From Myxococcota bacterium (GTDB lineage: Bacteria; Myxococcota; UBA4151): a stretch of DNA of 10,856 bases. Location: contig JAYZBQ010000044.1 in assembly GCA_036338695.1 (NCBI GenBank), forward strand, positions 1 to 10,856, written 5' to 3'. Positions 6,173 through 10,856 of the stretch are shown here, in pieces. The notes under the pieces were generated by a model that was not told the DNA's origin, searched no databases, and was given only the letters and a program-made list of their open reading frames with translations. Every line of letters starts with the position of its first letter. Positions within the stretch are counted from its first letter, which is position 1. The position numbers and the translations under genes are program-made.

Positions 6173-7372
6173 ATGCTGCAAGCCATCGTGTCGGTGACCC
6201 ATGAGCTGTCGCCTTGGCTGCTCCTCGGTGCATTGGTTTCCGGTTTGATGCACGCATTTTTGCCCGATCGATTCATCGCTCGCCAGCTCAGCGGTGTTGG
6301 CGGAGTGTTCAAGGCGGTCGTCTTTGGCGTCCCGCTGCCGCTTTGCAGCTGCGGCGTGATCCCGGCGGGAGTCGGGCTCAAAAAGGATGGCGCCAGCGAC
6401 GGTGCCGCTCTGGGATTTTTGATCAGCACGCCTCAGACGGGCGTGGACTCGGTGCTGGTCTCGGCTGGGATGCTCGGCTGGCCCTTTGCGCTGTTTAAGC
6501 TCGGCTCCGCAGCGCTGCTCGGCTTGGTCGGCGGGCTGGTGGCGCATTGGGTGGGTGCGCCTGCGGCGGCGGAAGGCGAGTCCGGCGGAGGACTCGGTGC
6601 TCGCCCAGGGGTCGCCGAAGGGTTCTGGCACGCCCTGCAGGTGTTGCGGAGTATCTGGTTGTGGATCGTCGTCGGGGTGGTGGCGTCGGCAGCGATCACC
6701 CAGTGGGTTCCAGCCGCCTCACTCGCTCGGCTCGGCGACTCGTCACCGGTCCTTGTTTATGCGTCGGTGTTGCTGCTCTCGATCCCGTTGTACGTCTGCG
6801 CCACCGCATCGGTCCCGATCGCAGCGGCGCTCGTGGCAGGCGGGCTGCCGGCGGGGAGCGCGCTCGTCTTCCTCGTCGCCGGTCCTGCCACCAACGTGGC
6901 GACGATCGGCGCGGTCGCGAAGACGTTTGGGCGACCGGTGCTGGTGGTCTATTTGGTGACCTTGATTGCGGGTTCCATGGTGCTCGGGATGTCTTTTGAC
7001 CACCTGATCCCGGCTGCCGAATCGCTTGCGCATCACCACCACGAGCAGGTCTCGTGGTGGGTCTGGCTGTGTTCAGGCGGTCTGACCATGGTCTTCGCCT
7101 ATTTTGCTGTGGAATCCTTGATGAACGCCCGAGGAGTAGGAGCTGCGCCCATGACAAAGGGTTGGAACGTGACGGTAGAAGGTATGACCTGCGGTGGCTG
7201 CTCATCGCGGCTTGAGCGTGTACTCAACGCCCACGAGGCTGTCGACGGAGCGCAGGTTGACCTCGCCGCAGCGAAGGCGACGGTGGCTGGGAGCATCTCG
7301 GCGGAGGTGCTGGTCGAGGTGATCACCGGCGCAGGGTTCGACCCGGGGCGGCCGCAAGAGCTCAGCTCTTGA
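6173..7372 (+). CDS. DUF318/ArsP_1 (SO_0444-type) metal-related permease fused to a C-terminal HMA domain (399 aa)
   Basis: Strong SD GGAGGAGG (6160-6167) before ATG 6173. Family motifs GVPLPLCSCGVIP, FLISTPQTGVDS, PLYVCATASVPIAAAL and FLVAGPATN. A HHHHE loop and a C-terminal VEGMTCGGC (GMxCxxC) HMA motif. Confidence 0.9.
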   Translation: MLQAIVSVTHELSPWLLLGALVSGLMHAFLPDRFIARQLSGVGGVFKAVVFGVPLPLCSCGVIPAGVGLKKDGASDGAALGFLISTPQTGVDSVLVSAGMLGWPFALFKLGSAALLGLVGGLVAHWVGAPAAAEGESGGGLGARPGVAEGFWHALQVLRSIWLWIVVGVVASAAITQWVPAASLARLGDSSPVLVYASVLLLSIPLYVCATASVPIAAALVAGGLPAGSALVFLVAGPATNVATIGAVAKTFGRPVLVVYLVTLIAGSMVLGMSFDHLIPAAESLAHHHHEQVSWWVWLCSGGLTMVFAYFAVESLMNARGVGAAPMTKGWNVTVEGMTCGGCSSRLERVLNAHEAVDGAQVDLAAAKATVAGSISAEVLVEVITGAGFDPGRPQELSS

Positions 7373-8226
7373 CCTTGCGCGCGCAGGGGCTCGGTTATCG
7401 TTACCCGGGCGCAGCGCACGACGCCATCAAGGACGTGAGCCTCACCGTCGGCGAAGGCGAGATCCTGGGGCTGCTCGGGCCGAGCGGTGCTGGGAAGAGT
7501 ACCGTCCAAAAAATCCTGACGCGGCAATTGGTGGGTGCTTCGGGTGACGTCTGGTTTCGAGAGCGGACTCTAGACGATTACGGGCGCGAGTACCTCGAGA
7601 TGATCGGCGTAGCGTTTGAGCAGCCTAAGCTCTATGAGCGTCTCAGCGGGGTCGCCAACCTCAGCCTCTTTGCGGGGCTCTACGATCGAGAGTGCGTGGC
7701 GGCGCGTTCCCTGTTCAAGCGGGTCGGCTTGGACGGCGCCGAGGAGCAGCCGGTCGCTGAGTACTCAAAGGGAATGAAGCACCGGCTAGCGCTGCTGCGC
7801 GCCATCCAGCACCGGCCCGAGATCTTGTTTTTGGACGAGCCGACAAGCGGCAGTGACCCAGCCACGACCGAGCGCTTGATCGAGGTGCTGCGCCACGAGC
7901 GAGCGAGGGGCGCTGCGATCTTGCTTACGACTCACGACATGCATGTCGCCGAGGCGCTCTGCGATCGGATCGCCTTGCTCACGAGCGGGCGCTTGGTGGC
8001 GTGCGACACGCCTGGGCGTCTCAAGCGAGCTCATGGTCGCTCCGGCGTTCAGGTCGACTACCTCGAGTCGGGCGTCCTGACGTCCCAGATCATCGATCCC
8101 GCCACGGAGGCGGGGCGCCAGACCTTAAACGAGCTGCTCGCACACGCAGAGGTCCAGTCCGTTCGCAGCCTCGAGGCAAGCCTTGCTGAGGTCTTCCAAC
8201 AGTTGGATGGAGCGCCAGCAGCCTGA
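7369..8226 (+). CDS. ABC-2 type exporter ATP-binding protein (resembles the Rv2688c fluoroquinolone-export-like ATPases)
   Basis: Walker A GPSGAGKST, signature YSKGM, Walker B ILFLDEPT and H-loop TTH. IGVAFEQPKLYERLSG resembles Rv2688c-type proteins. The TTG start overlaps the previous TGA; an in-frame TTG at 7375 is an alternative start. Confidence 0.93.
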   Translation: MTLRAQGLGYRYPGAAHDAIKDVSLTVGEGEILGLLGPSGAGKSTVQKILTRQLVGASGDVWFRERTLDDYGREYLEMIGVAFEQPKLYERLSGVANLSLFAGLYDRECVAARSLFKRVGLDGAEEQPVAEYSKGMKHRLALLRAIQHRPEILFLDEPTSGSDPATTERLIEVLRHERARGAAILLTTHDMHVAEALCDRIALLTSGRLVACDTPGRLKRAHGRSGVQVDYLESGVLTSQIIDPATEAGRQTLNELLAHAEVQSVRSLEASLAEVFQQLDGAPAA

Positions 8227-9260
8227 TGCGACGTTTCGCTCATTTGCTCTGGCTCGATCTGTGCGCGCTCTGGGCGAGCCGTCTGCCCGTGGTCTTGATC
8301 ACGAGCGTGATCGTACAAGGGCTTGTCTTACGTTACGCTGTACCCGAGCGCTTGGAGCTTGAACCCACCATCCGGATCGTCGACCAGACCGAGCGTCGGC
8401 TCTTTGCGCGTGCGCTCAGTAAAGACCCTGATCTGGGCGTTGCGGACCGAAAGGCGCTGGAGGCGTGGGTCGGTGGGGATCGTCAGCGCGTGGGGTTGAT
8501 CATGCGGGGTACGGAGCGGGCGCCGCGAGTCGACCTGTTGCACTCGGGCGCACCGACCTCCGGCGCGGTGGCGTTAGCGCACACAACGGCGACCATGTTC
8601 TGGGGGCGATTTACCAACATCGGCTGGGATCGCGGGCATCGGGTAAGTCACTTGGGTCAAGACCGAGACCCGATCCCGTTCAACCAGTTGATGTTGGTGC
8701 TGCTGTTGAGCTTGAACGTGGCCGTCGGCGCGATCACGCTGCTGGCATCGCTCGTCCACCAAGAAAAGGCGAGCGGGGCGATCCATGCCTTGCGGGTGAG
8801 CCCGGTGCGCGCCGTCAGCTATCTGAGCTCGAAGCTCATCGCTGGGGTCGTCACCTTACTCCCGCTTCTGTTCGTGCTGGTGGCGCTCGTGGCGCCCGAG
8901 GCGGTGGAGTCGCTTAGGGTCTGGGTGGTCTTGTCGCTTGGCGCCTTGATCTTTGGGTGCGCAGGTGTGGTCTTCGGCGCGCTGACTCGCTCCGTGGCGG
9001 ACAGCCTCGGCGCGCTCGGCGTCGCCTGCGCTGTCCTCATGATCCCGTTCGTGACCTATTTTATCCCGGCGCTCGATCGAGCGGCGCTGCACTGGATCCC
9101 GAGCTGGGGATCACTCTACGGGCTGCGAGCCGGCTTGTTCCCGACAGGGCGAGAGGATGACCTGGCGGTGGCGCTGCAGTCGATGCTCCCGCTCGGGTGG
9201 GTGTTGGCGCTCGCCGCTTTGGTTTGCGTTCAGCGCATCCTGCTGAGGCGCTCGAGATGA
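8226..9260 (+). CDS. ABC-2 type transporter permease
   Basis: An N-terminal TM, an extracytoplasmic domain, then about 5 TMs. Motif EKASGAIHALRVSPV....YLSSKL (ABC-2 'Ek..G....l..sP' pattern). TGATG overlap with the ATPase. Confidence 0.88.
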   Translation: MRRFAHLLWLDLCALWASRLPVVLITSVIVQGLVLRYAVPERLELEPTIRIVDQTERRLFARALSKDPDLGVADRKALEAWVGGDRQRVGLIMRGTERAPRVDLLHSGAPTSGAVALAHTTATMFWGRFTNIGWDRGHRVSHLGQDRDPIPFNQLMLVLLLSLNVAVGAITLLASLVHQEKASGAIHALRVSPVRAVSYLSSKLIAGVVTLLPLLFVLVALVAPEAVESLRVWVVLSLGALIFGCAGVVFGALTRSVADSLGALGVACAVLMIPFVTYFIPALDRAALHWIPSWGSLYGLRAGLFPTGREDDLAVALQSMLPLGWVLALAALVCVQRILLRRSR

Positions 9261-10306
9261 GCTGGCGGCGGATCACGGCGCTGCGTGCCCAACTCTATCG
9301 GCTAGCCCTCCATCGCAAGCGGTTGTGGGGCGTGCTCGCGCTGCCGGTCCTGCTGGCTTGCGCCGTGCGGCTGGCGCTGCCGGTGGTCGAGGGCGCCAAG
9401 CCGACCGTGGTGGCGGCGGGAAGTTTTCAGCAGCGGGTGGTGGACCAGCTTGAGGCGCGCGCTCAGGTCGCTTGGGTGCGCGATCGCGACGCCGTCGTGG
9501 AGCGAGTGGGCGGAGTCGATGACGTCATCGGGGTGTTTGGCGCGCCCAACCAAGCGGTCGAGGTGATTCTCGAGGGGAACGAGCCCAGAGCGCTCCGAAA
9601 TTACCCAGGGCTGGTGCTCAACGAGGTGGTCGCCGAGCTCGAAGGAGGGACGCCGCTCGTGGTGGCTCAGCAGCGGGTTCCGCTCCGCTCCATGCAGCGC
9701 CGCCACCGCTTGATGGCGTTGATGCTCGTGCTCATGGTGTTGATCGTCGCAGCGGCTGTCGGGTTGAGCATGGTCGATGACCGCGAGGGCGGGCAGCTCG
9801 ATGCGCTGCGTAGCTCGCCCTTGAGTGTGGGTGAGTACCTCTTGGCGCACGGGCTGATGGGGTGCGAGCTCAGTCTCGTCGTGGTTCTGTCGTGCGCAGG
9901 CATCCTCACAGGGGGGCATGTGCCTTGGTGGCTGATCCCAGCGGCCTGGGTCGCCCTGGTGCCCTCGGCGGCGCTGCTGACGCTGTGCCTCTGCGTGGTG
10001 GCGCGCTCGCAGATGACGGCGATGTGGGTTTTGCGTGTCGCCTTTCCGCTGGCGTTGCTGCCGGTGTTGGTGGGCGTCCTCTTTGGAGGGAGCGGACAGT
10101 TTTGGCTACAGCCGCTGACGATGTTTTGGGGCGGTCAGGCGATGTTTGCGGCGCTCGAGGGGCGGCCCGATCAGGTGGTCGATGCGCTGGTGTGGAGCGT
10201 GGCGACAGGGGCGCCGGTCCTTGCGTTGCTCGCCTACGGGGTGAAGCGCCGCCTGGTCTGGGTCTCGCCAAGCGCCGGAGCCGAGCGTCGAACAGTTCCT
10301 CGTTGA
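9257..10306 (+). CDS. ABC-2 type transporter permease (second subunit, 349 aa)
   Basis: The ATGA overlap at 9257-9260 supports this start over 9197. Same topology as the previous gene, with motif DDREGGQLDALRSSPLSVGEYL. Confidence 0.88.
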   Translation: MSWRRITALRAQLYRLALHRKRLWGVLALPVLLACAVRLALPVVEGAKPTVVAAGSFQQRVVDQLEARAQVAWVRDRDAVVERVGGVDDVIGVFGAPNQAVEVILEGNEPRALRNYPGLVLNEVVAELEGGTPLVVAQQRVPLRSMQRRHRLMALMLVLMVLIVAAAVGLSMVDDREGGQLDALRSSPLSVGEYLLAHGLMGCELSLVVVLSCAGILTGGHVPWWLIPAAWVALVPSAALLTLCLCVVARSQMTAMWVLRVAFPLALLPVLVGVLFGGSGQFWLQPLTMFWGGQAMFAALEGRPDQVVDALVWSVATGAPVLALLAYGVKRRLVWVSPSAGAERRTVPR

Positions 10307-10364
10307 CGGCTGCGCCGCCTAGCGCCTACCGAAGTGCCGACACCCTACTACAGGAGCACATGAG

Positions 10365-10856
10365 ATGCGGATTTTGAGTCTTTTCTGTTTGGTGGCGCTG
10401 GCAGGCTGCAGCGGCGGGCACGCGTTCTTGAAAGGTCACACCGAAGCCAAAGGCGGCGACGCCGACGCGCTCGCGGCCGGCATCGCTAAGGGCGACGGTC
10501 ACTGGGCAAATCGCGTGGATCAAGCCGAACTGGGCAAGGCGATCGCTGCCTATGAAGAGGTGACGGCTCAGTCCGAGCACGTGGAGACGCTGGCAAAGCT
10601 CGCCCGCGCCTACTACGTCATGGGTGACTCGTTCGCTCGCTTCGAGGGCGACGGCTCCTCGATGTTTGGCTGGTATGAGAAGGGTATGAAGGCAGCGGAG
10701 CGCTCCCTGTACTACGGCTCGCCGGCGTTCAAGGCGAAGATGAAGGAGACCGGCGGCAGCATCGAAAAGTCCGTGGGTGTCATCGGTAAGGACAGCCTGC
10801 CGGCAGCCTACTGGTACGCCAGCAACCTAGGTAAGTGGGCCAAGGGCAAAGGCTTC
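10365..10856 (+). CDS. TPR lipoprotein, probable TRAP transporter TatT (T-component) family; runs off the window
   Basis: Not in the ORF track because it has no stop in the window. AGGAG at 10352-10356 is 8 nt before ATG 10365. The frame is open for 164 codons: MRILSLFCLVALAG-C lipobox, then helical repeats (KAIAAYEE, LAKLARAYY, YEKGMKAAERSL, AAYWYASNLGKWAK). Confidence 0.8.
   Translation, partial: MRILSLFCLVALAGCSGGHAFLKGHTEAKGGDADALAAGIAKGDGHWANRVDQAELGKAIAAYEEVTAQSEHVETLAKLARAYYVMGDSFARFEGDGSSMFGWYEKGMKAAERSLYYGSPAFKAKMKETGGSIEKSVGVIGKDSLPAAYWYASNLGKWAKGKGF

Noticed and set aside
57..7372. A single copper island linking the CoxB-like gene and the HMA permease
   Set aside because: They are separated by about 5.5 kb of unrelated genes in different transcription units, with no evidence of linkage.
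9197..9256. Upstream start for the second ABC permease
   Set aside because: The ATGA coupling at 9257-9260 is the more parsimonious start.
10303..10332. Sigma70 promoter for the TatT-like gene (TTGACG)
   Set aside because: The -35 is good, but no convincing -10 lies at 16-18 bp spacing.
10360..10377. Minigene MRCGF* overlapping the lipoprotein start
   Set aside because: Its ATG is only 3 nt from the SD, while ATG 10365 has optimal spacing. A similar out-of-frame ATG at 5411 before bpt is rejected for the same reason.
83..10580. Many alternative-frame and antisense ORFs in the track (e.g. 225-656, 6074-6631, 9302-9919, 10326-10580)
   Set aside because: They are Arg/Ala/Pro-rich shadows of well-supported genes, expected at high GC, and carry no recognisable motifs.
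1..10856. CRISPR arrays, tRNA/rRNA, IS or prophage, defence systems
   Set aside because: All intergenic gaps are 70 bp or less, and I saw no repeat arrays, transposase/integrase motifs or nuclease motifs.

Overview
GC-rich bacterial window, densely coding, with a gene content typical of Myxococcota or related deltaproteobacteria (taxonomy is inference). In order on the + strand: the 3' end of a membrane protein, a translationally coupled and highly degenerate cytochrome c oxidase subunit II-like cupredoxin, a secreted basic protein with a FlgT_C-like beta domain, and a type I methionine aminopeptidase carrying an unusual insertion. A convergent minus-strand block follows, containing a cation-dependent O-methyltransferase, a Bpt/Ate aminoacyl-tRNA-protein transferase and a 787-aa lipoprotein serine hydrolase. 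Divergent from it is an operon coupled by start/stop overlaps: a DUF318/SO_0444-type permease fused to an HMA domain, an ABC ATPase and two ABC-2 permeases. The window ends in the 5' part of a TatT-like TPR lipoprotein that the ORF track misses. I saw no RNA genes, CRISPR arrays or mobile elements. The most unusual items are the CoxB-like protein with a remodelled CuA site and no subunit I gene downstream, the HMA-permease coupled to an ABC-2 exporter, and the MetAP insertion. I see no clear-cut new multi-gene system; all family calls come from motif recognition by eye.
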